NCBI GenBank assembly: GCA_947629045.1
Contig: CANRCF010000034.1
Location: 1 to 64,000, forward strand
Source of the DNA: an uncultured Clostridia bacterium
GTDB taxonomy: Bacteria; Bacillota; Clostridia; TANB77; CAG-508
DNA: 64,000 nt
Reading direction: 5' to 3'
Below the pieces are notes generated by a model. That model saw only the letters and a list, made by a program, of their open reading frames with translations. It ran no database searches and had not been told where the DNA came from. Positions within the stretch are counted from its first letter, which is position 1, and each line of letters begins with the position of its first letter. Shown here one piece after another: positions 31,433-41,979 of the stretch. A program made the position numbers and the translations under genes.

Positions 31433-31621
31433 CTATTTATCAAATAAAATCTTTATTGCCCATAATCCTGATATACCAACTAGGATGTATATAATTCTAC
31501 TTATTACTGACATAACACCAAAAATTGTATCTACTAAATTAAAATTGAATATTCCAATTAATCCCCAGTTGATTGCACCAATTATAACTAATGCAAGTGC
31601 TATTTTATCTATAACTTTCAT
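31433..31621 (-). CDS. DUF378-family small membrane protein (YuzA-like)
   Basis: KIALALVIIGAINWGLIGIFNFNLV...YILVGISGL matches the DUF378 pattern. A perfect AGGAGG SD precedes the MKVIDK start. Confidence 0.6.
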   Translation of the reverse strand: MKVIDKIALALVIIGAINWGLIGIFNFNLVDTIFGVMSVISRIIYILVGISGLWAIKILFDK

Positions 31622-31734
31622 TTTAGCTAGCCTCCTTTTTTTATAAAAAAATGTCTTCATGATTTAGTATATTCTATTTTTATTTTTTTATTCTTTGTTT
31701 TAGAGGCATATTTATACAATTTTGTATTTTTTTG

Positions 31735-32685
31735 CTATTTTAGCATATTTTGCTTGTTTAGCCACCAAGTTACTACTATTGAAATAAGAATAGAAATTCC
31801 TATTATAATCAAAAAACCAAATGGATTATGTTGAAGTGGAACTGGTACATTCATTCCCCAATAGCTTGCTATCATTGTAGGCACTGATAAAATAATAGTA
31901 ATTGAGGTTAAAACCTTCATAACTCTATTTAAGTTATTAGAAATTATTGAAGCATAAGCATCCATAGTACCATTTAAAATATCACTATATATCTTTGCCA
32001 TTTCAATAGATTGCCTATTTTCAATAATTGCATCTTCTAGCAAATCTTCGTCTTCTTCATAAAGTCTAATTATTTTCCCTCTCATTGTTTTTTCCATAAC
32101 AGATTCGTTTGATTTTAAAGAAGTTGTAAAATATACTAAGCTTTTTTCTAAACTTAATAACTTTAATAACTCTTTATTTCTCATAGAATTTTTTAAATCA
32201 GACTCTGCTATTTCTGTTTCTTTGTTAATTTTCTTTAATAAATTTAAGTAATATGATGAATTTGTATATAAAATTTGTAATAAAAATCTGCTTTTTTTAT
32301 AAGTAGTTACATTTTTCATATTACCTTTTGTAAAGCCTTGAATAATGTCATTTTTTCTAATTGAAACTGTGATAAAATAGTCATCTCTTACTAGAATTAT
32401 ACCAATTGGCATTGTACTGTATACAATATTTTCGTCTTCTTTTTCACGAATTGGAACATCTATAACAAATAATGTGGTTTGGTCATCTTCTTCTACATCA
32501 ATTCTGGCTTTTTCTTCAAAGTCTAAGGCATATCTTATGAAATCGTCTTGTATTTTTACATTTTCACATACTTCTTTTATTTCTTCTTCAGAGGGCGCAA
32601 CTAGATTTATCCAATTACCTTTTTTATATTCTTTTACTTTTGTTGTTTTATTTGTTTCAATATCTGTATTGTACATTTCTAGCAT
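31735..32685 (-). CDS. corA: CorA-family divalent cation (Mg2+/Co2+) transporter
   Basis: Two C-terminal TM helices preceded by YWGMNVP (the GMN signature). About 316 aa. Confidence 0.7.
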   Translation of the reverse strand: MLEMYNTDIETNKTTKVKEYKKGNWINLVAPSEEEIKEVCENVKIQDDFIRYALDFEEKARIDVEEDDQTTLFVIDVPIREKEDENIVYSTMPIGIILVRDDYFITVSIRKNDIIQGFTKGNMKNVTTYKKSRFLLQILYTNSSYYLNLLKKINKETEIAESDLKNSMRNKELLKLLSLEKSLVYFTTSLKSNESVMEKTMRGKIIRLYEEDEDLLEDAIIENRQSIEMAKIYSDILNGTMDAYASIISNNLNRVMKVLTSITIILSVPTMIASYWGMNVPVPLQHNPFGFLIIIGISILISIVVTWWLNKQNMLK

Positions 32686-32803
32686 ACGTTTTCCCTCCTT
32701 TTCTAATTTTTTTTATTATAATTTTTAAACTTTTGCTGTTTTATGTTTACTCCTTTTGCTATTGTTCTTCTTATTATACCCCATTACTATACAATTTAGT
32801 ATC

Positions 32804-35386
32804 TTATTCTGTTCTCAAAGCTTCAACTGGGTCTTTTTTACTTGCCATCTTAGATGGTATTAAACCAGCTATCATAGTAAGAATCATGCTAATTATAACT
32901 AATACAATTCCTGCTTTAAATGGTAATGCAGCAGATACACCACTTACTCCTGAAAGTGCGGCAATTAATGCATTTATTGGTATGCATAATAGTATAGTTA
33001 TTCCAATTCCTAATGCTCCTGCAACTAATCCAACAATTAAAGTTTCAGCATTGAATACTCTTGAAATATCTTTTTTAGATGCACCAATAGCTCTTAAAAT
33101 ACCAATCTCTTTTGTTCTTTCTAATACTGAAATATATGTTATAATTCCTATCATTATTGATGAAACTATTAATGAAATTGAAACAAATGCAATTAAAACA
33201 TAGCTAATTACATCAATTATTACTGATACAGAATTCATCATAATTCCTATCATATCTGTATAAGTAATAACATTTGCTTCTTTTCCATCTTCTCTTTGTC
33301 TTGTATTATAATTCTCAATTTCTTGAGTTATATTCTCTTTTGCTTCAAAATTTGTTGGATAGATGTAAATTGCACTTGGTTCGTCTAAATTTACAACACC
33401 TAATTTTGATAAGTTATCTTCATAACTTGCTTTTGCATTATCTGCATAAGTTTGCATAAGTTTTGCAAGTTCTTCTTGGCTTAATGTAGCAAGTTTCATT
33501 TTTTGTTCAGTTGATAAATCATTAAAGCTAAAACTTGCATCATCTTTGTCCTCAGGGAAATCAATTCCTGTAAATACATTTACCTTTTTATCTTTCTTTT
33601 GTTCTTTTACAATTTCCGCTTCATTTATTTTATTTATAACATATTCTTTTAAATCTTTACTATATCCTATTCCATTTGCTAAGGCCGTATTTATTGATGC
33701 ACTATTTGGTCTTATAATTCCTACTATATTTATGCTTTCTGCCTTGTCAACTAATTTTTTCATATAGTCTTTATCATCACTTTTATCATTCCATACACCA
33801 TGTTCTTTTTTATAATAATCTGTATTTAAAACCAATTTAAAAGATAAATCTAATAAATCATCATAGCTAAAAACTTCTTCTTCAGTTTTCTCTACTTCTT
33901 TGCCGTCTTTAATATCTTGCATTTTATCTTTTAATTCATCTTGATCTTTTATTCCTAATGAATATAGCATATAATCACTAACTTTATTGTTTTCATTTAC
34001 AATTAAAACCACTTCATTATATTTTTCTGGCCATTTTCCTGCTAAAACATCATATTGTGATTTAAGTAATTCTTCATTATCTAACATTTCTTGCCAAATA
34101 TTATTACCGCTCATCATTATTGATGTCTGACCTTGCATTGCTTCTGGTAGCTCACTTTGTAATCCTACGATTTTCATCACTTGATTAGGATTTACCTGAA
34201 CTACTCCATCTTTAGTATTTGAAGAATACAAATTAAGGTTCAAATTATATGCATACTGTATTGCATTGCTATTTTTTGTAATTTCATTTCCTTCAGAATC
34301 TAAATATTTTTTAAATTCTTTTAGATTATTCTTTTCTATCTTGCTAGACATTGTGCTTAGCATATCTCCCATAATTTCTACTGAATAAATTTTTCCATCC
34401 TCATGATTTCTATCTTCATTCAATTCCATAAATGATGTCATTATGCTTGACATATCAACGGATTGCTCTTGCAAAGTTATTGGATATGAAGAAAGTGTAT
34501 CCTCTTGAACTTTATCAATATAGTTTTGTACACCATTTGAAATAGATAATATAAGTGCAATTCCAATAATTCCAATGCTTCCTGCAAAAGAAGTTAAAAA
34601 GGTTCTTCCCTTTTTAGTCATTAAGTTATTTAAGCTAAGCCTTAGTGCTGTAAAGAATTTCATAGATGTTCTTCTCTTTTTAGTATCTTCCTTTTTCTCC
34701 TCTTTTGACTCATAAGGATCTGAATCCTCTATTACTTTTCCATCTAATACTTTTATTATTCTTGAAGAATATTTTTCTGCTAATTCTCCATTGTGAGTTA
34801 CCATAATTATTAATTTGTCTTTTGAAATGCTTTTCAATATTTCCATAATCTGATTACTGGTAACTGTATCAAGTGCTCCTGTTGGCTCATCTGCCAAGAT
34901 TATATCTGGGTTATTTACTAATGCCCTTGCTATTGCAACCCTTTGCATTTGCCCACCAGACATTTGATTAGGCTTTTTATGAATTTGGTCTCCAAGTCCT
35001 ACATTTTTTAAAGCTTCTATGGCTCTTTTTCTTCTTTCTGATTTAGAAACACCTGAAAGAGTAAGTGCAAGCTCTACATTTGATAATACTGTTTGATGAG
35101 GTATTAAATTATAATTTTGAAAAACAAATCCTACTGAATAATTTCTATATGCATCCCAATCTCTATCTTTAAACTCTTTTGTAGATTTTCCATTAATTAT
35201 TAAATCTCCAGAAGTGTACCTATCTAATCCACCTATGATATTAAGCAAAGTTGTTTTTCCACAACCACTTGGACCTAAAATAGATACAAATTCACTTTTT
35301 CTAAATTCAACGCTAATTCCTTTTAATGCTTGAACTTCGTTTTCTCCTGATAAATAATTTTTGGTAATATTTTTTAGTTGTAACAT
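32804..35386 (-). CDS. MacB-like ABC transporter, fused ATP-binding and FtsX-type permease domains
   Basis: N-terminal ABC domain (GPSGCGKTT, LSGGQMQRVAIARAL, ILADEPTGALD), a large extracytoplasmic region, and a C-terminal four-TM FtsX-like domain. Confidence 0.75.
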   Translation of the reverse strand: MLQLKNITKNYLSGENEVQALKGISVEFRKSEFVSILGPSGCGKTTLLNIIGGLDRYTSGDLIINGKSTKEFKDRDWDAYRNYSVGFVFQNYNLIPHQTVLSNVELALTLSGVSKSERRKRAIEALKNVGLGDQIHKKPNQMSGGQMQRVAIARALVNNPDIILADEPTGALDTVTSNQIMEILKSISKDKLIIMVTHNGELAEKYSSRIIKVLDGKVIEDSDPYESKEEKKEDTKKRRTSMKFFTALRLSLNNLMTKKGRTFLTSFAGSIGIIGIALILSISNGVQNYIDKVQEDTLSSYPITLQEQSVDMSSIMTSFMELNEDRNHEDGKIYSVEIMGDMLSTMSSKIEKNNLKEFKKYLDSEGNEITKNSNAIQYAYNLNLNLYSSNTKDGVVQVNPNQVMKIVGLQSELPEAMQGQTSIMMSGNNIWQEMLDNEELLKSQYDVLAGKWPEKYNEVVLIVNENNKVSDYMLYSLGIKDQDELKDKMQDIKDGKEVEKTEEEVFSYDDLLDLSFKLVLNTDYYKKEHGVWNDKSDDKDYMKKLVDKAESINIVGIIRPNSASINTALANGIGYSKDLKEYVINKINEAEIVKEQKKDKKVNVFTGIDFPEDKDDASFSFNDLSTEQKMKLATLSQEELAKLMQTYADNAKASYEDNLSKLGVVNLDEPSAIYIYPTNFEAKENITQEIENYNTRQREDGKEANVITYTDMIGIMMNSVSVIIDVISYVLIAFVSISLIVSSIMIGIITYISVLERTKEIGILRAIGASKKDISRVFNAETLIVGLVAGALGIGITILLCIPINALIAALSGVSGVSAALPFKAGIVLVIISMILTMIAGLIPSKMASKKDPVEALRTE

Positions 35387-35521
35387 ATTTTCTCTCCTTT
35401 TTGTTACTTCCATAGTTTAAATTTTCCCTTTTATTATATGCAATTATAATACTTTTTATTTTGCTTTAAGTCAAGAGAGTTTTTAATAAAAATCGCTAAG
35501 TTTTTTACTTAGCGATTTTTA

Positions 35522-36007
35522 CTATGAATTTTTTTCTTCTAACTTTTTATTTATTTTTCTTATTTCATTTTCTTCAATTATCCATTTAATTGTAGTATAT
35601 ACTATATAAATAACATAAATTAATATTGATACAACAATATTTACAGTTCCGATGTTTTCAGAAAATACATATTTACTTGCCAAGATAGCTGTTCCAAGTA
35701 TATAAATTAAAAATGTAGCTACTATTGTTCCTATTGTTTGATATGGATGCTTTTTATGTCTTTCTACACTATCAAGGTTAGAAAATATATTGTGCCCCAT
35801 GAATATTAAGCAATAAGCTAAACCTGCAGTAACAGTTTGAGAGATCAATGTTTTTATATTTTCTAACTGATTAACTTCATTAACAAATACATTTTCATTT
35901 GTAATAAAATAGATACTAACATAAGCTAACATAAGTAAAGTTACACCAATGGGGAATCCTCTTAAAGATGATACAAGAACTTTTTTTACAAAATTTTCTT
36001 TCTTCAT
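35522..36007 (-). CDS. DUF3021-like membrane protein, partner of the LytTR regulator
   Basis: Four TM helices. It lies immediately downstream of the LytTR gene, matching the conserved LytTR-DUF3021 pairing. Confidence 0.5.
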   Translation of the reverse strand: MKKENFVKKVLVSSLRGFPIGVTLLMLAYVSIYFITNENVFVNEVNQLENIKTLISQTVTAGLAYCLIFMGHNIFSNLDSVERHKKHPYQTIGTIVATFLIYILGTAILASKYVFSENIGTVNIVVSILIYVIYIVYTTIKWIIEENEIRKINKKLEEKNS

Positions 36008-36021
36008 ATAAATCAACTCCT

Positions 36022-36462
36022 TTACAATTCTAAAAAATCTTTTATTTTTGGTATATACCTTCTTGAAGCATATGCTATATTTCCACTCTTGAAATTTATA
36101 ATTAAAGTTCCAAGAATTTTAAAATCAATATTTTTTACTTTTTCAAAGTTAATTATTTCTGAATTTGATATTCTAAAAAATTTTCTTTTATTAAGTAAAT
36201 TTTCTAGTTCATATAATCTACTTTTTATAGTATATATTTCTTTTTCACATCTTACATATATTTTTCCATTTTCAGAATAGATTGATTCAATATCTTTTTG
36301 ATGTAAAATATACATTTTTTCGTCTTTGTAAGCTTTTAAAACTTCTTGATTTACATTAGAGATACTATCTATAATATCAGACACATTCTTGTCTACTTGC
36401 TTTGTATAAATTACAACTTTTGGATTTTCATAATTTTCATCAACTTTTATTTCAATATCCAT
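36022..36462 (-). CDS. Stand-alone LytTR-family DNA-binding protein
   Basis: About 147 aa with the LytTR pattern (FFRISNSEIINFEKVKNI...NIAYASRRY). Confidence 0.65.
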   Translation of the reverse strand: MDIEIKVDENYENPKVVIYTKQVDKNVSDIIDSISNVNQEVLKAYKDEKMYILHQKDIESIYSENGKIYVRCEKEIYTIKSRLYELENLLNKRKFFRISNSEIINFEKVKNIDFKILGTLIINFKSGNIAYASRRYIPKIKDFLEL

Positions 36463-36572
36463 CTTTTTTCTCCATTTCTTCTTTGTTATTATCATGATAA
36501 CATATTATTTACTTTTTTTCATTATTTTTCTATTAGATGGTCAATTTTATAATATAAGTGGTATAAGAACCT

Positions 36573-36606
36573 CACCCACCATCACAATCAAAGATTGTGG
36601 GTGGGT
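36573..36606. promoter_or_regulatory. Strong GC-rich stem-loop upstream of the LytTR operon
   Basis: CACCCACCATCACAATC-AAA-GATTGTGGGTGGGT, a 14-bp stem with a small bulge, in otherwise AT-rich DNA. Confidence 0.4.
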
Positions 36607-36642
36607 ACCCGAGAACCTTGTTGTTTCACAATAAAAAAAGCA

Positions 36643-36680
36643 CTAAGCTATTTAAACTTAGTGTTATTTTATAATTGTCT
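36643..36680. terminator. Hairpin plus T-tract, a possible bidirectional terminator
   Basis: AAAAAAAGCACTAAG-CTATTTAAA-CTTAGTGTTATTTT. Confidence 0.4.
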
Positions 36681-36727
36681 TTAAAATATTTCAAACTGAT
36701 AAAGAATTTTATTAATGTAGTGCTTTT

Positions 36728-36803
36728 TGGTGCGTCATAGAGGAATCGAACCTCCGACCATCAGATTAAGAGTCTGCTGCTCTACCAACTGAGCTAATGA
36801 CGC
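36728..36803 (-). tRNA. tRNA-Lys (anticodon CTT)
   Basis: Reverse complement GCGTCATTAGCTCAGTTGGTAGAGCAGCAGACTCTTAATCTGATGGTCGGAGGTTCGATTCCTCTATGACGCACCA, anticodon loop CTCTTAA. Confidence 0.8.
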
Positions 36804-36853
36804 ATGTGCTAAATTCTTTTTCAAGTCTAGAATTTATTATAATAAAATTCTAA

Positions 36854-37715
36854 TCACTTGTCAAGTGGTAAATTTAGCATATTCGCCATTTGTGCAAATT
36901 GCTCTATTGTTAGTTCTTCCCCTCTTACATTTTCATTTAAATTTAATTTTTCTAATAATTCCCTTACTTTTTCCTTTGGTATAATGCCAGAATTAGAAAG
37001 TGAATTTAACAAAGTTTTTCTTCTTTGCATAAAACTTGCTTTAATAATCTTAAAAAATAATTCTTCATTATCTAATTTTACAGGTGGATTTTTTCTAATT
37101 TTTAAATTTATTACTTCTGAATCTACTTGTGGCTCTGGAATAAATGAGCTATTAGGAACTTTTAAAACCTCCTCTGCCTCACAATAATAGTAAACGCAAT
37201 AAGTAATTGCACCTGTATTTTTTTCACCTGGAATAGCAGATAACCTATCTGCTACTTCTTTTTGTATCATTACAGTTATGCTTTGAATAGGTAATTTTTC
37301 TTCTAATAATTTCATAATAATTGGTGTTGTAATATAGTATGGTAGATTTGCTACTATTTTTACATTATTATTTTCTGGATTTTGCTCTTTTATTAGTTTA
37401 TGTAAATCTATTTTTAATACATCTTCATTTATTAAAGTAAAATTATTATAAATAGAAAATCTATCTTTTAATATATTTTCCATTTTTTTATCTATTTCAA
37501 TCGCAATTACTTTTTTTGCATTTTCTAATAATTTAGTTGTTAATGAGCCTAATCCGTGGGCCTATTTCAATTACAATATCGTTTTTTGTAATTTCAGCAG
37601 ATGTTACAATGGTTTCCATAACATCATCATCTATTAAAAAATTCTGACCTAAATTTTTGTTGGCAGTAATTTGATATTTTTTCATTAAAAATCTAGTTTC
37701 TTGTTCTAAATTCAT
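36854..37715 (-). pseudogene. rsmA: 16S rRNA (adenine1518/1519-N6)-dimethyltransferase RsmA/KsgA, interrupted by a +1 frameshift near 37556
   Basis: N-terminal fragment ...GQNFLIDDDV...EIGPRIRLINN*. Removing one C (CCA C GGA) restores EIGPGLGSLT and joins it to the 209-aa C-terminal ORF. Confidence 0.75.
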
Positions 37716-37786
37716 TCTTACTTCCTTTTATATAATTTATCTTTGAGTCACTATATTTAAGTTTCCACGTTTTGACTTTCTGTATT

Positions 37787-39667
37787 TCAATTTTCAACAT
37801 TTGCATTTGTCTCTTCTGTTGGTTGAGTAGTTGTCTCTGTTGTGGTTTCAGGAGCTTTTGGCACTTCTTTAGTTCCTCTACGTACAATCCTTTCTAATGG
37901 CTTATATGTATCTTTTGATAATAAATCTTGACTAACCACTTTTCCATTTAATTTTAATATACGATATGCTTCACTTCTACATCCATTTGAACCATATTGC
38001 TCAACAACTTCCTTTCCCTTTTCTAAGGTTGGATCATCTTTATATGTTGTTGTTTGATTTATATAAGAAGTTATTTTAGATTGAATTACTACTTCATATT
38101 CTACTTCTTCTTTTATTCCATATATACTTACTTTGCAAACCCCATTTCTTGAATCTGATACTATTTTTATAGGATAACTTCTAGTATTTTGGAACACAAA
38201 ATCTATACTTCCATAATATACAGTTGCATCTCTACTTGCTGCAACATAACCTGTTAAAAATAGATGATTACTTCTATCTATAATTTTTAAATTTGCAAGT
38301 AATGCTGTATTATATAATGTAGTAGATAATTGGCAAACTCCCCCACCTACATCTGGAACTACTTTTCCACCTACATATGCTGTTCCTTCTTTATAGCCCG
38401 CTTCTAAAGTTCTTTTTCCAATTACTGTATTATATGAAAAATTTTCGCCTGGCATTACGACAGTACCATTCATTTTTTTAGAAGCAAGCTCTATATTTGT
38501 ACTTCTATTATAATTGCTTGAATCATAAGTCGTTGAAAATGTTGCTAATAAATTTGGAAATGCTTCATCTCCTAAATCATTTATTGTTATCTTTGGCACG
38601 GTTATTTTTAATGGTATAGTATATTCCTCTTTATCAGTTTCTAGTAGTTTTTTAGCTTCCTCCATGGAAATTTTGAAATCTACACCATTTACATGTCTAT
38701 GAACTGTTTTAGGATTTTCTTCAACATAAGCATTCTGTGGTTCTTTATAAATTTCACTATGTATTTTTTCTAAATCAATATCTCCCGGTTCTTTATATGT
38801 TACAGGAATTTCTATAACTTGATAACTTGTATGAATATTTCTTAATTGTGTATATATACTGTCTTTTAATTTTTCCTCCTCTATAACATAACCAGCTTTT
38901 CCTTTTACTATTATTAAATTTTCGTCTTCTACATAATAGCTATTTTGTACTAATGTATCTGACATTTTTGCCCCAACATCTTTAATTGTAGAATTTAATA
39001 ATTCTTCATCTAAATATAGCGTTGGTTCAACTTGCTTTTTAAATAAATAAGTCCATAAAATAGCATAATTGTTAGTAACTATATTTCCATTTCTTCCAAT
39101 ATTGTATGCCTCTGTAATAGCTGTATCTACATCAAACTTCGCATTAAATGTATTTGCTGTTACACTAGTTTCATTATCATTTCTCTTTAAAATCAAGTTA
39201 TTATTTTCATCATGAAATCTATTATCAATTGCATCATTTATTTTATTTTTTGCTTCATCAACAGTAAGGTTTCCTATATCTATTCCTAACATAGAAATTC
39301 CATTTAATATTTTTTCATTATTCATATTTAATAATGAAAAAATAATTGAAAATATCATTAGAAATAAGATTAAAATTAAAGATATAATTATAGTTCTCTT
39401 TTTTATCTTTTTTGGCTTTTTATCATTATTTTTAACTTTTTTATCGTCTATATTAGATTCTTTTTCATTGTTTATAGTTTTTTCTTTATCTTTTTTATCA
39501 CTATCTTTTTTAGACAATGTTTCTTCCTCTACATCTTTTTGTTTTTCTAATATATCTTCAGTTTTATTTTCATCTTTAATAACTGATACATTTTCTTCTT
39601 TTGAACTTAAAACTTCTTCTGTTTCATTTTCATTTGGTGTTTCTTTTTCAATATTATCTTCTTTCAT
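37787..39667 (-). CDS. VanW-family protein, membrane-anchored with a VanW-like domain and a G5-like C-terminal region
   Basis: GGGVCQLSTTLYNTALLANL matches the VanW domain. N-terminal TM helix after a K/E-rich low-complexity region. Confidence 0.6.
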   Translation of the reverse strand: MKEDNIEKETPNENETEEVLSSKEENVSVIKDENKTEDILEKQKDVEEETLSKKDSDKKDKEKTINNEKESNIDDKKVKNNDKKPKKIKKRTIIISLILILFLMIFSIIFSLLNMNNEKILNGISMLGIDIGNLTVDEAKNKINDAIDNRFHDENNNLILKRNDNETSVTANTFNAKFDVDTAITEAYNIGRNGNIVTNNYAILWTYLFKKQVEPTLYLDEELLNSTIKDVGAKMSDTLVQNSYYVEDENLIIVKGKAGYVIEEEKLKDSIYTQLRNIHTSYQVIEIPVTYKEPGDIDLEKIHSEIYKEPQNAYVEENPKTVHRHVNGVDFKISMEEAKKLLETDKEEYTIPLKITVPKITINDLGDEAFPNLLATFSTTYDSSNYNRSTNIELASKKMNGTVVMPGENFSYNTVIGKRTLEAGYKEGTAYVGGKVVPDVGGGVCQLSTTLYNTALLANLKIIDRSNHLFLTGYVAASRDATVYYGSIDFVFQNTRSYPIKIVSDSRNGVCKVSIYGIKEEVEYEVVIQSKITSYINQTTTYKDDPTLEKGKEVVEQYGSNGCRSEAYRILKLNGKVVSQDLLSKDTYKPLERIVRRGTKEVPKAPETTTETTTQPTEETNANVEN

Positions 39668-39865
39668 ACCTTACCTCTTAAATTAAATATATACTTTTGT
39701 ATGAGATAATATTACCATATATTTTTAAGTTTTACAATAAAAAAAAATTGTATTTTGTTATAATTTATCATTTTTTATTATTTTATACTAGACAAGTTTT
39801 TTATTTTTATATATAATACTTTTGAAACAAAGAGAAAATAACATATATTCGAGAGGGGTATCATT

Positions 39866-40438
39866 ATGATAGGTGAAATGATTGCTTATATTCGTAAGCA
39901 AAAAAAGCTAACAAAGGCAGAAATTGCTAGAGGTGCAAATATAAATACAGGTCATTTAACTCATATTGAAAAAGGTGAAAGAAATCCTAGTCATAAAATA
40001 TTGAAAACTATATGTAAAACTATGGGAATACCTTATCGTCCTTTAATGCATACGTACGATAAAGAACTTACTGAAGAGCATCATTTTTATAAAATAGAAG
40101 AACATATTCCTTATGATAAAATTCCTTCTTTTGATTTATTAGGTACTTTAATTGATTGCCCTTCAACTGCTGCCGGAGCATCTATTGCTGTAAAAATTAA
40201 TGACAAAACAATGGAACCAAAATTGCAAGAAGGCTCTTACGCATATGTTGAATTGAACGCACCTCTTGATAATAGAGACTTAGGACTATTTTCTTACAAG
40301 AATAAAATGATTATCCGTAGATTCATCGTTCGTAAAGATGGCGTAGTTCTAAGAGCAGAAGACAAAAACATCGAAGATATTTGTTTAGATCCTAAAGATA
40401 ATTTTTATATTGTTGGAAAAATTGTCGGAACAAATTAA
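39866..40438 (+). CDS. XRE-family HTH regulator with a C-terminal S24 LexA/cI-like peptidase domain
   Basis: N-terminal HTH_XRE (LTKAEIARGANINTGHLTHIEKGERNPS). The C-terminal beta-rich domain resembles S24, but Thr replaces the nucleophilic Ser. Confidence 0.6.
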   Translation: MIGEMIAYIRKQKKLTKAEIARGANINTGHLTHIEKGERNPSHKILKTICKTMGIPYRPLMHTYDKELTEEHHFYKIEEHIPYDKIPSFDLLGTLIDCPSTAAGASIAVKINDKTMEPKLQEGSYAYVELNAPLDNRDLGLFSYKNKMIIRRFIVRKDGVVLRAEDKNIEDICLDPKDNFYIVGKIVGTN

Positions 40439-40526
40439 AAATTTGTCAAAAACACTTGAATTATATTTTTTTTAATATTATAATATCAAAATAGAGAACA
40501 AGAGACAAAAAATAAGGAGAAGTTAA

Positions 40527-40985
40527 ATGGAATTAGTAAAAAATATTTTTTTTAATACAGATAAATTAGTTGAAAATACGGCTGTAAAGATATCTTATAC
40601 AGGAAATTTATTTCAAAATAATTCAGAAGAAGTTTATCTTCATTATGGATTTGGTCTTAATTGGGATAATGTAACTGAAGTAAAAATGGAAAAAACAGAA
40701 TTAGGTTTTCAAGCTGAAGTAGCTTTACTTGAAGGAGAAACTTTTAATTTCTGTTTTAGAAATGAAAATAATGAATGGGATAATAATGAAGGACAAAATT
40801 ATATATTCCCAATTGAAAAAGTTGAACTTTCACTAGTAGCAGTACAAGATAATGCTGTTACATCTCCTAGAAAGTTAAGAAAATCTTATATTTGGAGCAA
40901 GAAAATTCGTCTAGCTGTATATAAAATTATTACATACATTCCAAAACTAATTTCTGGAAATTATAAAAGAAAAATATCAGAATAA
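40527..40985 (+). CDS. Hypothetical protein, possibly a carbohydrate-binding beta-sandwich (CBM20/25-like)
   Basis: LHYGFGLNWDN...WDNNEGQNYIF aromatic/Asn pattern. The domain assignment is weak. Confidence 0.35.
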   Translation: MELVKNIFFNTDKLVENTAVKISYTGNLFQNNSEEVYLHYGFGLNWDNVTEVKMEKTELGFQAEVALLEGETFNFCFRNENNEWDNNEGQNYIFPIEKVELSLVAVQDNAVTSPRKLRKSYIWSKKIRLAVYKIITYIPKLISGNYKRKISE

Positions 40986-41007
40986 TTTATAATATTATTA
41001 AAATAAA

Positions 41008-41042
41008 AAATTCCAATGAAAAATCATTGAAATTTTTTATTT
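41008..41042. terminator. Imperfect hairpin plus T-tract between convergent genes
   Basis: AAAATTCCAATGA-AAA-ATCATTGAAATTTTTT. Confidence 0.35.
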
Positions 41043-41048
41043 TTAGCT

Positions 41049-41804
41049 TTATATATACCAACCACCATTAATAGAAATAATTTGTCCTGTTGTATATTCA
41101 TCTTCAATTAACCATCTTACACACTTCGCTATATCACTTGTTTTTCCTATTTTATTTAATGGTATTTCCTCCTTCACTTCTTCTATTTCTTCCTTTGTTA
41201 AATATGAATTCATATCTGTATCAATAATTCCTGGTGCAATAGCATTAACTCTTATATTAGATAATCCTAGCTCTTTTGCTAATGCTTTAGTCATTCCATT
41301 TAAAGCAGATTTTGCTACCGAATATGCTACTTCGCAAGAAGAACCAGTTAAGCCCCAAATAGAAGATATATTTATAATTAGTCCCTCTTTTTTATTTATC
41401 ATTGTTTGTAAAACCTCTTGTGTGCAATAAAAAGCTGAATTTAAATTTACATTTATCATATTGCTCCATTCTTCATCTGTTATATCTGTAAATAACTTTG
41501 ACCCTGCAATTCCTGCATTATTTATTAACACATCAATAGTTCCATACTTTTTCAAAGTAAACTCTATTAAGCTCTTAGCATCTTCCCTTTTTGAAACATC
41601 AGCCTTAAAAATTTCAATTTCTATTCCTTCATTTTTTAGTTCTTCTTGAATTTGTTTTGCCTTCTGTTCAGACTTATTATAATTTAAAATAATCCTATAA
41701 TTTTCTTTTGCTAATGTTTTAACAATTTGTGCACCGATACCTCTGGAACCTCCTGTAACAATTACTACTTTATTTTGAATATTTTTTTCTTTGTTTTCTT
41801 CCAT
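41049..41804 (-). CDS. Short-chain dehydrogenase/reductase (FabG-like 3-oxoacyl-ACP reductase)
   Basis: VVIVTGGSRGIG Rossmann motif, NNAG, and catalytic YSVAKSA (YxxxK). Confidence 0.75.
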   Translation of the reverse strand: MEENKEKNIQNKVVIVTGGSRGIGAQIVKTLAKENYRIILNYNKSEQKAKQIQEELKNEGIEIEIFKADVSKREDAKSLIEFTLKKYGTIDVLINNAGIAGSKLFTDITDEEWSNMINVNLNSAFYCTQEVLQTMINKKEGLIINISSIWGLTGSSCEVAYSVAKSALNGMTKALAKELGLSNIRVNAIAPGIIDTDMNSYLTKEEIEEVKEEIPLNKIGKTSDIAKCVRWLIEDEYTTGQIISINGGWYI

Positions 41805-41899
41805 AATTTCTATTTGCTCCTTTATATGTACTTGTAAGTCTTCATAATAAAAAAATAACACCTCATAACAAGTTATAAAACAAGTTAAGAAGCGTTTAT

Positions 41900-41975
<76 letters not shown>

Positions 41976-41979
41976 ATTT

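Noticed and set aside
32640-33203. 187-aa plus-strand ORF
   Set aside because: It lies entirely antisense to the MacB-like ABC gene. Its Leu/Phe/Ile-rich junk composition is typical of antisense reading through K/E-rich coding DNA. No RBS.
37693-37887. 64-aa ORF overlapping the ksgA start and the VanW-family gene end
   Set aside because: It overlaps two well-supported genes, and its Q/K-rich sequence is low complexity.
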